Shown here: piece by piece, positions 9,388-17,939 of the stretch
Layout of the letters: every line of letters begins with the position of its first letter
How positions within the stretch are numbered: position 1 is the stretch's first letter
Assembly (NCBI GenBank): GCA_041919675.1
Contig: JAYRTJ010000006.1
Span: 1,622 to 65,621, forward strand
DNA from: Rhodospirillaceae bacterium
Lineage (GTDB): Bacteria; Pseudomonadota; Alphaproteobacteria; Rhodospirillales; Rhodospirillaceae
Direction of reading: 5' to 3'
Length of the DNA stretch: 64,000 bases
Translations under genes and position numbers: made by a program
The notes under the pieces: generated by a model
Seen by the model: only the letters and a program-made list of their open reading frames with translations
The model's database searches: none
What the model was told of the DNA's origin: nothing

Positions 9388-10506
9388 CGCCGCGTCCGCG
9401 TGGCGGGCGCGGTGGACACGGTCGAACATGTCGAGGTGCGCGTCCGCGATCGGGCCGATCCGATACGCGTCCACCGCGCCCGCGAGGACGCGGGGATCGG
9501 GCGCCGGCTGCGCCAGCGCGAGGTCAAGCGCCTCCGACATCGAGACGTGATCGCCGATGGGCGAGACGTGACAGCCCGGCAGTCCGATGAGGAGGTCGTT
9601 GATCGCAGGGGTGCAATCCGTGCTGACCACCGGGCGCCCCGCCGCAAGAGCTTCGACGAGCACGGCGCCGAAACCCTCGTAGTACGAGGACATGAGGAGA
9701 AGCCGCGCCTTGGCGAGCCGCGGCGAGATATCGCGCACATAACCCGCGAATTCGACGCGGTCCTGCACGCCCAGGCTCGCGGCGAGGAGAGTCAGGTTCT
9801 CGATCTGCGGACCGTCGCCGAGGAAGACGAGGCGCGCGGTGCGGTCCTGCATGCGCGCGAGCGCGCGGATCGCGACGTCGAAGCCTTTTTCCTTCACCAG
9901 GCGGCCGGCGGCGACGATGACGTTGCCGCAAGCGCGCGTCGGCGCGCGCGGCGGCGGCGCATCGTCGAGAACCGGCAGGCGAATGTACTGGGTGATTTTG
10001 CGTCCCAGCACTTTGTCGGCGTGCGGCACGGTCGAGGGCGACAGCGCGATGGCGGCGTCGATGCCGCGCAATCGGTGACGCGTGAGGATGTTGTAGCCGA
10101 ATTGTTCAGCCGCGCCGCGGCCATGGCGGTACAACGGCGTCGAGATTTGCGTGACGATGCCCGGCGCCTCAGCGGGGTCCATGCCTCTGAGTTCGTTCAA
10201 GACCGGCCAATGGTAGTTGCCGGGGCAGAACAGCACGTCGACCGGACGGGTCTGGAGAAACCCGCGCAGCGCCCGGCCGAACCGGCGGCGCGAGCCGGCC
10301 GCGCGCGGAATTGCCGGCGCGCATTCGACCACGTCCACATTTTGGCCGATAAGATTGACAAGAGGGCCTTTCAAGGCCCCGCAGAAGGCGACGACTTTCC
10401 GGCCGGTGTCCGCCCACCGGTTCATCAGGCGAATGGCGATCCGTTCCGAGCCGCCGAGCGGAAAGTCATGAAAAATAACGCCGATATGGCCGGCATTCTG
10501 TCGCAT
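9349..10506 (-). CDS. Glycosyltransferase family 4 (GT-B)
   Basis: HIGVIFHDFPLGGSERIA...GRLVKEKGFDVAIRAL...SSYYEGFGAVLVEALAAGRPVVSTDC. Start moved to ATG 10506, preceded by GGGGGAG. Its 3' end overlaps the convergent gene by 39 nt. Confidence 0.85.
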   Translation of the reverse strand: MRQNAGHIGVIFHDFPLGGSERIAIRLMNRWADTGRKVVAFCGALKGPLVNLIGQNVDVVECAPAIPRAAGSRRRFGRALRGFLQTRPVDVLFCPGNYHWPVLNELRGMDPAEAPGIVTQISTPLYRHGRGAAEQFGYNILTRHRLRGIDAAIALSPSTVPHADKVLGRKITQYIRLPVLDDAPPPRAPTRACGNVIVAAGRLVKEKGFDVAIRALARMQDRTARLVFLGDGPQIENLTLLAASLGVQDRVEFAGYVRDISPRLAKARLLLMSSYYEGFGAVLVEALAAGRPVVSTDCTPAINDLLIGLPGCHVSPIGDHVSMSEALDLALAQPAPDPRVLAGAVDAYRIGPIADAHLDMFDRVHRARHADAALPERFAENVAYV

Positions 10507-10727
10507 CAACTCCCCCCAACTTCCCACCCGGCGCCGGTTTTCCGGTCTTCGACCGCGCCCTTCTTGGAGGCCGGTCATACGCGTGCGTATATGGAAGATG
10601 CCGCCAGGAATGGTTGCCCCTACGGGCGCCCCGTCAGCCATTGGTTTGGGCGAGGAAACGCGATAAATCAGAGGCTTCTTGGGTGGGGACCCTGGTGATG
10701 GACCGGTGATGGGCGCGAGTTTTTAAG

Positions 10728-11270
10728 GTGACCGAGGCTGTCCTCGGCGTTCTGATGACGGAGTATCTCGCCATGCGCGAGGTGCTGTTGCGCTTCCTGG
10801 CGGCCCGGTTGGGTGACGCGGCGGCGGCGGACGACATTTATCAGGAGCTGTTCGTGCGCCTGAAGAGCGGCGCCCTGCCCGCCGATCTCGCCAATCCGCG
10901 CGGATACCTGTTCCGGATGGCCTACAATCTCGCCAACGAATTCTCGCGGGCGCGCCGCCGTCAGGACGCGCGCGATGCGCACTGGACGGAAACGACAACA
11001 CACAAGGTCGGAACCGATACGATCGCCGACGCCACGGCGGCCGACGAGGCGCTGGCGTCGAAAGAAAGATTAACGGCTGTCATGAAGGCCCTGGACAGTC
11101 TGCCGGCCAAGAGCCGGGAGGTGTTCGTGATGTGCCGGGTTCAGGGGTTGAGCCACCGGGATATCGCCGAAGTGATGGGTATTTCGACCAAGACAGTGGA
11201 AAAACACATGACTGCGGCCTTGAAACACCTCACTTTATTTCTGCGGTCCACAGAGGGGGAGCGGCATTAG
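10728..11270 (+). CDS. ECF (FecI-type) RNA polymerase sigma factor
   Basis: Region 2 (DDIYQELFVRL, YLFRMAYNLANEFSRARRR) and region 4 (SREVFVMCRVQGLSHRDIAEVMGISTKTVEKHM). Start may be ATG 10755. Confidence 0.85.
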   Translation: MTEAVLGVLMTEYLAMREVLLRFLAARLGDAAAADDIYQELFVRLKSGALPADLANPRGYLFRMAYNLANEFSRARRRQDARDAHWTETTTHKVGTDTIADATAADEALASKERLTAVMKALDSLPAKSREVFVMCRVQGLSHRDIAEVMGISTKTVEKHMTAALKHLTLFLRSTEGERH

Positions 11271-11309
11271 CCGCGGCATCTGCAAGATGAGTACCTTAAA
11301 AGGTGGATT

Positions 11310-12287
11310 TTGAGCATTTCTGCAACCACAGCCGGTGAAACGGAACGCCTTCAAACGGCGGCCGCGTGGCATGCGCGCCTGGAAACGGGCGCCGACGCGT
11401 GGGAAGCCTTTACGCTCTGGCTCGAAGCCGACCCGCGCAACCGCGCGGCTTTCGACGCCGTGGACGCCGCGGCGAGCGAAGCGGTGGAGCTGCTGTCGCT
11501 GAACCGCGAAATGACGGTCCCGGCGCCGCCACCGGCCGCGCGCCGCTTCTCGACGCGCGCCTTCCTCGGCATCGGCGGGATCGCGGCGGCGGTCCTTCTG
11601 ACCATCGTGGCGCGCCCCGACATCTTCCAGCCGGACGAACACGAGATCGTCGCGACCGTGGCGGGCGAGCGGCGTGACGTCACGCTCTCCGACGGTTCCA
11701 CTGTCCATCTCAACACCAATACCCGGGTCGCGGTGACCATGAGCCGCGGCACGCGCAATGTGCGCCTCGAAAAAGGCGAAGCGCTGTTCGAAGTCGCGCG
11801 CGATCCCGCGCGTCCCTTCCATGTGGCGGCGGGCGACCGCGAGGTGCGCGTCGTGGGAACGGCCTTCAACGTGCTGCGCCATGACGGCCGCATCACCGTC
11901 ACGGTCGAACGCGGCGTCGTGGACGTCACGTCCGACGGCGCGCGGACCAACGTGCGCCTTGGCGCGGGCGACCAATACGCCGCCCGGGAAGGCGTGCGCG
12001 CCTACCAGGTCGCCAAGATCGACCCGACCATCGCCGCGGCGTGGCGCGACGGCCGGGCCGTCTTCAACAATGCGACTCTATCTGAAGTTGCTTCGGACCT
12101 TTCCCGCTACTATGGGAGGCCGATCGTGGTCCGTGACGCCGACGTCGCGGCCATGCGCTTTTCCGGGATTCTCAAGATCGAGGACCAGCTGACCACGGTC
12201 AAACGCCTCGAAGCCCTCCTCCCCATTGTTGTTGCCGAAAATGGGGATGAAGTAAGATTGGAACGGGAAGCCCCGCCCTCCAAATAA
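11310..12287 (+). CDS. FecR family anti-sigma/sensor protein
   Basis: AAAWHARLETG...WLEADPRNRAAFD, one TM segment, and a periplasmic FecR domain (VHLNTNTRV...GEALFEVARDPARPFHV..REVRVVGTAFNV). Confidence 0.85.
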   Translation: MSISATTAGETERLQTAAAWHARLETGADAWEAFTLWLEADPRNRAAFDAVDAAASEAVELLSLNREMTVPAPPPAARRFSTRAFLGIGGIAAAVLLTIVARPDIFQPDEHEIVATVAGERRDVTLSDGSTVHLNTNTRVAVTMSRGTRNVRLEKGEALFEVARDPARPFHVAAGDREVRVVGTAFNVLRHDGRITVTVERGVVDVTSDGARTNVRLGAGDQYAAREGVRAYQVAKIDPTIAAAWRDGRAVFNNATLSEVASDLSRYYGRPIVVRDADVAAMRFSGILKIEDQLTTVKRLEALLPIVVAENGDEVRLEREAPPSK

Positions 12288-12312
12288 TCCGGGGCGCGCA
12301 ACGCGAGGGGGA

Positions 12313-14754
12313 GTGTTGCACCCGTTTGAAGCTGTTTCATCGCCGCGCACCCGGCGCGCTCGGGTATTCCTGGGCGCGGTGGCGTTTGCCTGCGTTTTCG
12401 CGCGCGCGCCGCTCGCGGCTGAAGACACCAAGCGGTTCAACATCCCCGCCCAAGCGCTGTCCAGCGCGCTGGTCTCCCTTGCCGCCCAGGCGGACATCTC
12501 CATCGGTTTGACGGGCGTCGTTCTCACCAATCAGCTCAGCGCGCCGGTGTCCGGCAACCGCACGGTGGCGCAGGCGCTTGAGGACCTCTTGGCCGGCACC
12601 GGCCTCGCCTTTGAAATGGTCGACGCGGGAACATGGCGCATCTTCGCGCGCCCGCTCACACGCGACGTGAAGCTTGAAGAGCCCACCATCCCGCTGACTC
12701 TTCCCCCGATCGAGGAGATCGTGGTCACCGCAATCAAGCGGCCGATGTCGCTGCAGACCGCGTCGCTGTCGGTCGGCGCCGTGACCGGCGGGACCTTCAC
12801 CGATTACGGCGTGCGCTCGACGCAGGAAATGACCTCGTTCGTCGCCGGGCTCTCCACCACGAACCAGGGGCCGGGGCGCAATAAATTCGTGATCCGCGGC
12901 ATGTCGGACGGGCCCTTCACCGGCAACACGCAATCGACCGTGGGGCTTTACATCGACGAAACCCGCGTCGTGTTCAACGCGCCCTCGCCGGCCCTGCAGC
13001 TGCACGACGTCGACCGCGTCGAAGTCATTCGCGGCCCGCAGGGCACGCTTTACGGCGCGGGCTCCATCGGCGGACTGGTGCGCGTCATCACGCGCCAGCC
13101 CGTGATGAACAAACTCGAGGCGCGCGCGACCGTGGAAGGCAGCACGGTGGCCCATGGCGGCGCCTCGCACGCGGCCGACGCGATGGTCAACGTTCCGCTT
13201 GTCGCCGACAAGCTGGCCTGGCGCACGGTCGCCTACGAGCGCTTCGACAGCGGTTACATCGACGACAGCGGGCTGGACCGCCGCCAGGTCAACCGCACCC
13301 GCATCCGCGGCATGCGCTCAAACGCAAAACTCCGTCTCGGCGCCGATTGGATCTTGGGGACCGCGGTCGTTTATCAATCGACGCGCGCGCGCGACACGCA
13401 GTATTACAACGCCGCGCTGGGGCCGTTCGACCGCGCCAACATGCTCGGCGAGCCCAACGCCAACGACTTCCTGACCCTCAACGCCACGGTCGAAGGCGAC
13501 CTCGGCTGGGCCGAGGTCACCTCCACGACGGCGTGGATCCACCACCGCGTCGACACGCTGTTCGACGCCTCGCTGGCGTTGCCGACGCTGATCCGGATCC
13601 CGGTCGAACCGACCGCCTTCAACCAGGATAATTTATACCGGACGATCAATCACGAGACGCGGCTTGCCTCGGCGCCGTCGGGCCCCTGGAGCTGGGTGGC
13701 CGGCGTCTTCGTCTCGCACCGCTATGACAAATCGATCTCGCTGCTGACGCGCGTGCGTCAGACGCCTGAAGATACGTTCTATGTGAAGAACCGCCACGAC
13801 TTCGGAACCGAAGCCGCCGTCTTCAGCGAGGTGCAGTACCAACTGAATCCGAAGCTGCGGTTCGGCGCGGGCCTGCGGGTGTACTTCGGCGAAGTGAACG
13901 TCGAGGCGAACAACACGGCGGCGATCGAGGACGGCCCGGCGGCGGCGATTGGATATAACCGTAAAACCGGCGCGACGCCGAAAGCCGAGGTCTCCTACCG
14001 GCTGACGCCCGATCACTTCTTGTACGCCCAAGCGACGCAGGGTTTCCGGCTCGGCGGCGTGAATATCTCGAGCCGCATCTCCGCGCCGCCGCCGGGCGGG
14101 CGGCCGGTGACGGTGCAGAACTTCGATTCGGACCGCTTGTGGAACTTCGAGATGGGATCGAAGTCGGCCTTTCTCGATCACCGCCTGAACCTCAATGTCA
14201 CGCTGTTCTATTCCTTGTGGCGCGACATGCAGGCCGATCTGATCCGCCCCAACGGCCTGTCATTCACATCCAATCTCGGCAACGGCCGGAACAAGGGCGC
14301 CGAGCTGGAAAGCATCTATGCGGTCACGGACCAGTTGCGTTTTCTCGCCAACGTCTCGTGGAACAATCCCACGGTGCCTTCGACGGGCATGGCCGGGGCG
14401 GTCACGAACCGCCTGCCCGGCGCGCCCAAGTTTGCCGCCGCTGTCGCCGCGCAGTACCAGCGGTCCATCGGCCGCGGCTTTACCGGTTTTGTGAACATCA
14501 AATCCGAATTGCTTGGAAAGGCGGCGCTGGCGATCGGCACCCTGCCGATGTCGAGCGTGCCCGTCTACCACACCGCCAACCTGCGCCTGGGCGTGTTCAA
14601 TCCGCATTGGCGCCTGTCGGCCTATGTGACCAACCTCACGAACGCAACGTCCAATACCTACGCGTTTGGAAATCCGTTCTCGCTCGGGCATATCTCGCAA
14701 GCGATCCCGGTGCGGCCGTTGACGGTGGGTGTATCGGCCACCTGGACGCGCTAA
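12313..14754 (+). CDS. TonB-dependent transducer (FecA-type receptor with N-terminal STN signalling domain)
   Basis: STN domain FNIPAQALSSALVSLAAQADISIG...VSGNRTVAQALEDLLAGTGLAF, then plug and barrel. Immediately follows the sigma/anti-sigma pair. Confidence 0.9.
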   Translation: MLHPFEAVSSPRTRRARVFLGAVAFACVFARAPLAAEDTKRFNIPAQALSSALVSLAAQADISIGLTGVVLTNQLSAPVSGNRTVAQALEDLLAGTGLAFEMVDAGTWRIFARPLTRDVKLEEPTIPLTLPPIEEIVVTAIKRPMSLQTASLSVGAVTGGTFTDYGVRSTQEMTSFVAGLSTTNQGPGRNKFVIRGMSDGPFTGNTQSTVGLYIDETRVVFNAPSPALQLHDVDRVEVIRGPQGTLYGAGSIGGLVRVITRQPVMNKLEARATVEGSTVAHGGASHAADAMVNVPLVADKLAWRTVAYERFDSGYIDDSGLDRRQVNRTRIRGMRSNAKLRLGADWILGTAVVYQSTRARDTQYYNAALGPFDRANMLGEPNANDFLTLNATVEGDLGWAEVTSTTAWIHHRVDTLFDASLALPTLIRIPVEPTAFNQDNLYRTINHETRLASAPSGPWSWVAGVFVSHRYDKSISLLTRVRQTPEDTFYVKNRHDFGTEAAVFSEVQYQLNPKLRFGAGLRVYFGEVNVEANNTAAIEDGPAAAIGYNRKTGATPKAEVSYRLTPDHFLYAQATQGFRLGGVNISSRISAPPPGGRPVTVQNFDSDRLWNFEMGSKSAFLDHRLNLNVTLFYSLWRDMQADLIRPNGLSFTSNLGNGRNKGAELESIYAVTDQLRFLANVSWNNPTVPSTGMAGAVTNRLPGAPKFAAAVAAQYQRSIGRGFTGFVNIKSELLGKAALAIGTLPMSSVPVYHTANLRLGVFNPHWRLSAYVTNLTNATSNTYAFGNPFSLGHISQAIPVRPLTVGVSATWTR

Positions 14755-14927
14755 CGCGGCGCATCCCGTATGCCACGCCCCCGGCCGTCAGGGAGATTGA
14801 CGGACCGGCGGCGTGCTTCCGCCTATAACCTGGGAGCAGGCGAAAAGCCGGTTCCCTGGAGGGAGGAGCCTCAGACAACCGGCGCATTCTGAACGCGATG
14901 CATGGCCGCAACGTGAAAGGGCGACGC

Positions 14928-15116
14928 TCAATCGTTTCTCGCAAACCATCTAAACCAGCGAGCCGGAGTTTCTTTCGCGAGATCGTCCGCGACTCTTTCC
15001 CAATCGTCCGCCAACCGGAGAAAAAGCTCCTTTTCGAAGGAATGAGGCACGGTCTCTGCGTCCCGCCGCGCTTGTTCCGCCTGCCGGCGGCAAGCCTTGG
15101 CACGTGAATTCAGCAT
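14928..15116 (-). CDS. Small hypothetical protein (62 aa)
   Basis: ATG with GAGGG about 10 nt upstream. Helical sequence CRRQAEQARRDAE...ELFLRLADDWERVADDL resembles small orphan proteins common in alphaproteobacteria (from memory). Confidence 0.4.
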   Translation of the reverse strand: MLNSRAKACRRQAEQARRDAETVPHSFEKELFLRLADDWERVADDLAKETPARWFRWFARND

Positions 15117-15189
15117 TCGCCCGATACCCTCGGCATCTTAGGGCGACCCCGGCGGTCGACACCGGGGTCCTCGCAAGGCCAATTCCGGT

Positions 15190-16476
15190 TCAAAGGGCTT
15201 TATGAATCATCCCCGGATTCAGATCCTTCAAACTGGTCGCACCCACCTGCCGCAAGGCGGCGTTGAATTCCGCCTTCACGATCTGGATGACCCTGTCGAC
15301 ACCGGCTTCGCCGAACGACCCAAGGCCCCAGATATACGGCCGGCCGAAGCCGACCATCGTTGCGCCCATGGCCAGCGCCTTGACGATATCGAAGCCGCGG
15401 TAGAAGCCGCCGTCCACGAAGATCGGAACCCGACCCTTAACGGCCGGCGCGATGTCCGCCAGAGAAGCGATGGTCGAACCGCCGGTATCTTCGTTACGGC
15501 CGCCGTGATTCGAAATATGGATGCCATACCCGAGCTTGACGCATTGCAGCGCGTCCTGGACGTCCATAATGCCCTTGATGAAGATCTGCATCTTCGTGAT
15601 GTCGCGCAACCGCTTGATAAACTCCCACGTCAGCGAGTCGCGCGGCTCCTTGTCTTCCCACAGCGCGGCGGGCACCTCGGAGAATTGGGCCATGGCCGCG
15701 GGATCGCGGATCGTCTGCTTCGGATCGGTCTTACTCACGGTGTGGCAGGTCATGCAAAGACGCTTGTCCTCGCGCCGCTGACGTTCGAACTGCGACTGCT
15801 TGCGGTTTCCCGTGCCGTCCACCGTGACCAGCATCGCCTTGCAGCCGCTGCGCTCCGCGCGCTGGACGATCAGCTTCGTGATCTCCCAGTTCGACTGCTG
15901 ATACAGCTGGAACATGACCGGGCCCGCGCTGTCGCGAAGCTTGTTGGCCTGCTCGGTCGGAATCGTGGTGTTGGTCGCAAGTCCTTGCGCGATATTGTGC
16001 CGGCCGGCGGCGCGCGAGGTGCCGGTTTCGGCGTCCGGATGGTACGTCGTCAGGCGGCCGATCGGACACAGGAAGAACGGCATGGAATATTTATGGCCGA
16101 AGATTTCCCTGCTCGTATCCGCCTGCCGCACGTCGATGAGGCGGCGCGAGCGGATGACGAACTTATTTTGATCCTGCCTGTTCGCGCGGTAGGAACCCTC
16201 GCCGTCGGCGCCGGTCGACATGTAGCCCCAGTGCGCGGGCGGGACGTTCTTATGGGCAACCGCTTCCAGTTCGAAGATGTCAATCGCGTCTTGAGGCTTG
16301 TCGACGATGTAATTTGGATCGTACGGCTTCCAGATATAGGGGTCGTCGGGACGCGTCTGAAGTTCGAAGGCGGTGTTGGCGAGCGCCTCCCGGGCACTCA
16401 TCGCAAGCACAGGGCTTGCCGCCAGATATTGAAGAAATTTCCGACGGTTGTTCTTGACGTTCGCTGGATCGATCAT
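15190..16476 (-). CDS. FMN-dependent alpha-hydroxy-acid dehydrogenase/oxidase family protein with Tat signal
   Basis: NRRKFLQYLAASPVLAMSAREALA (twin-arginine motif); FMN_dh motifs (ISNHGGRNED, PIFVDGGFYRGFDIVKALAMGA). Start set to ATG 16476 after GGGGGG; the track uses TTG 16488. Confidence 0.85.
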   Translation of the reverse strand: MIDPANVKNNRRKFLQYLAASPVLAMSAREALANTAFELQTRPDDPYIWKPYDPNYIVDKPQDAIDIFELEAVAHKNVPPAHWGYMSTGADGEGSYRANRQDQNKFVIRSRRLIDVRQADTSREIFGHKYSMPFFLCPIGRLTTYHPDAETGTSRAAGRHNIAQGLATNTTIPTEQANKLRDSAGPVMFQLYQQSNWEITKLIVQRAERSGCKAMLVTVDGTGNRKQSQFERQRREDKRLCMTCHTVSKTDPKQTIRDPAAMAQFSEVPAALWEDKEPRDSLTWEFIKRLRDITKMQIFIKGIMDVQDALQCVKLGYGIHISNHGGRNEDTGGSTIASLADIAPAVKGRVPIFVDGGFYRGFDIVKALAMGATMVGFGRPYIWGLGSFGEAGVDRVIQIVKAEFNAALRQVGATSLKDLNPGMIHKAL

Positions 16477-16581
16477 GGTTCCCCCCAATAAACAAAAATT
16501 ACCGCTCTTCCGCGCGCTGCGGCGGGCAGCGCGCGGCCCCTCCTCAAAGTCGGCACACGCGTTTGGAAAAGCGCTCCTTGG

Positions 16582-17919
16582 CTAGACCATGATCTCGCTG
16601 ATGGCGTCGGACGTCGTGTTGCTTCCGCCGCCGAAGGTCTGGATTTCCATGCCGAGGAGGCGCATCGCGGTCAGAGACATCCGCGCCATCGGCGCGCCCT
16701 TCATGTCCAGGTGCAGGCCGGTCTTCAGCTTGCCGCCCGCGCGCCCGGCGGTGAACATGGGCATGTCCTCGAGGCCGTGCGTGCGTGCGTTCGCATCGCC
16801 CGTATCGGCCACGATCAGCATGTTGTCGAGAAGCGTGCCGTCGCCTTCCTTGATCTTCTCGAAAGCCTTCACGAAGGAGGCAAAGCCTTCCATCGAGCGG
16901 CGCACGAACCACGAGCACGTCGGCTGGTAACCGAGCTTGTCGTCGATCGGCTCCTCGTGGGTGCTGGTGTGATGCGGCTTTTCGTATCCCGGCTTGATGG
17001 TGTTCGAGGACATATCGGCGTAGGCCATGTTCACGACCCGCGTCTGATCGCACGCAATCGCCATCGCCAGCAGCTCGGACATCATCTCATTGCGCTGAAC
17101 GACGAACGGAGATTCGTTGTTCATCTTCAGTTCGGATTCATCGGGCGCCTTCGACGGATGGCAGGCGGCGATGGGTTCGGGTTTCGTCAACTGCTGAACG
17201 AACTGTTTCTCGAGGTGACGCAGGCCCGAGAAATACTGATCGAGGCGAGCCTTGTCTTCCGCGCCGACCCGTTTATTGAGCCAGTCGGCTTCTTCCATCA
17301 CCGCCGACAGGGCGCTCTTGCGCGACATGGCGCGCGGGCTCGGCTTGAAGTCCGCGGCGTTTGGATCGTTGAACTCGGGCCCAAACAACCGCGTGTAAAA
17401 CTCGAGCGGTGAATATTCGGCCGGATTCGGCGTATTCGGGTCTTCATACGAATAGGAGGTGCGCGCATTCCCGGTCGCGGTCGCGGTCAGAGTCTTGAAG
17501 CGCTGCGTGCGGCTGATCTGATTGGCGATCTTGATGTCCCAGGTCTCCGCCGTGAGGCTATTGCCGTTCGGCGGCGAGCCGGTGCGCGCGATGATCCAGC
17601 CGGTGACATGGCCCACGAGGCCCGCGCTGTCGCGGAAAGCCGTGAAGTTCGTGAGAAGATTGAGGTGCTGGCGAAGCGGAGCCAGAGATTCGATTTCCTC
17701 GGGGAATTCGAAATCCTTCCCCGTCGTCTTGGGAACGAACACCGAGCGGTTATGCCCCAGACCCCAGCTCCACAGGGCAAAGCGCGTCGGAATGGGCTTG
17801 CCGTCGGCAAGCGCCGTGCCGTTGCCGTTGAGGAAACAATTCAGAAGCGGCAGGCCGACCGTGACGGCGCCGCCGTTCAACATGCCGCGCAGGACGCGCC
17901 GGCGAGAGAAATCGTTCAT
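16582..17919 (-). CDS. DUF1552 family protein with Tat signal
   Basis: MNDFSRRRVLRGMLNGGAVTVGLPLL... plus a His-rich segment KPHHTSTHEEP. Typical partner of the upstream DUF1592-type gene. Start ATG 17919; GTG 17931 is possible. Confidence 0.8.
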   Translation of the reverse strand: MNDFSRRRVLRGMLNGGAVTVGLPLLNCFLNGNGTALADGKPIPTRFALWSWGLGHNRSVFVPKTTGKDFEFPEEIESLAPLRQHLNLLTNFTAFRDSAGLVGHVTGWIIARTGSPPNGNSLTAETWDIKIANQISRTQRFKTLTATATGNARTSYSYEDPNTPNPAEYSPLEFYTRLFGPEFNDPNAADFKPSPRAMSRKSALSAVMEEADWLNKRVGAEDKARLDQYFSGLRHLEKQFVQQLTKPEPIAACHPSKAPDESELKMNNESPFVVQRNEMMSELLAMAIACDQTRVVNMAYADMSSNTIKPGYEKPHHTSTHEEPIDDKLGYQPTCSWFVRRSMEGFASFVKAFEKIKEGDGTLLDNMLIVADTGDANARTHGLEDMPMFTAGRAGGKLKTGLHLDMKGAPMARMSLTAMRLLGMEIQTFGGGSNTTSDAISEIMV

Positions 17920-17939
17920 GACCTTTTCCACTCCTTAGA

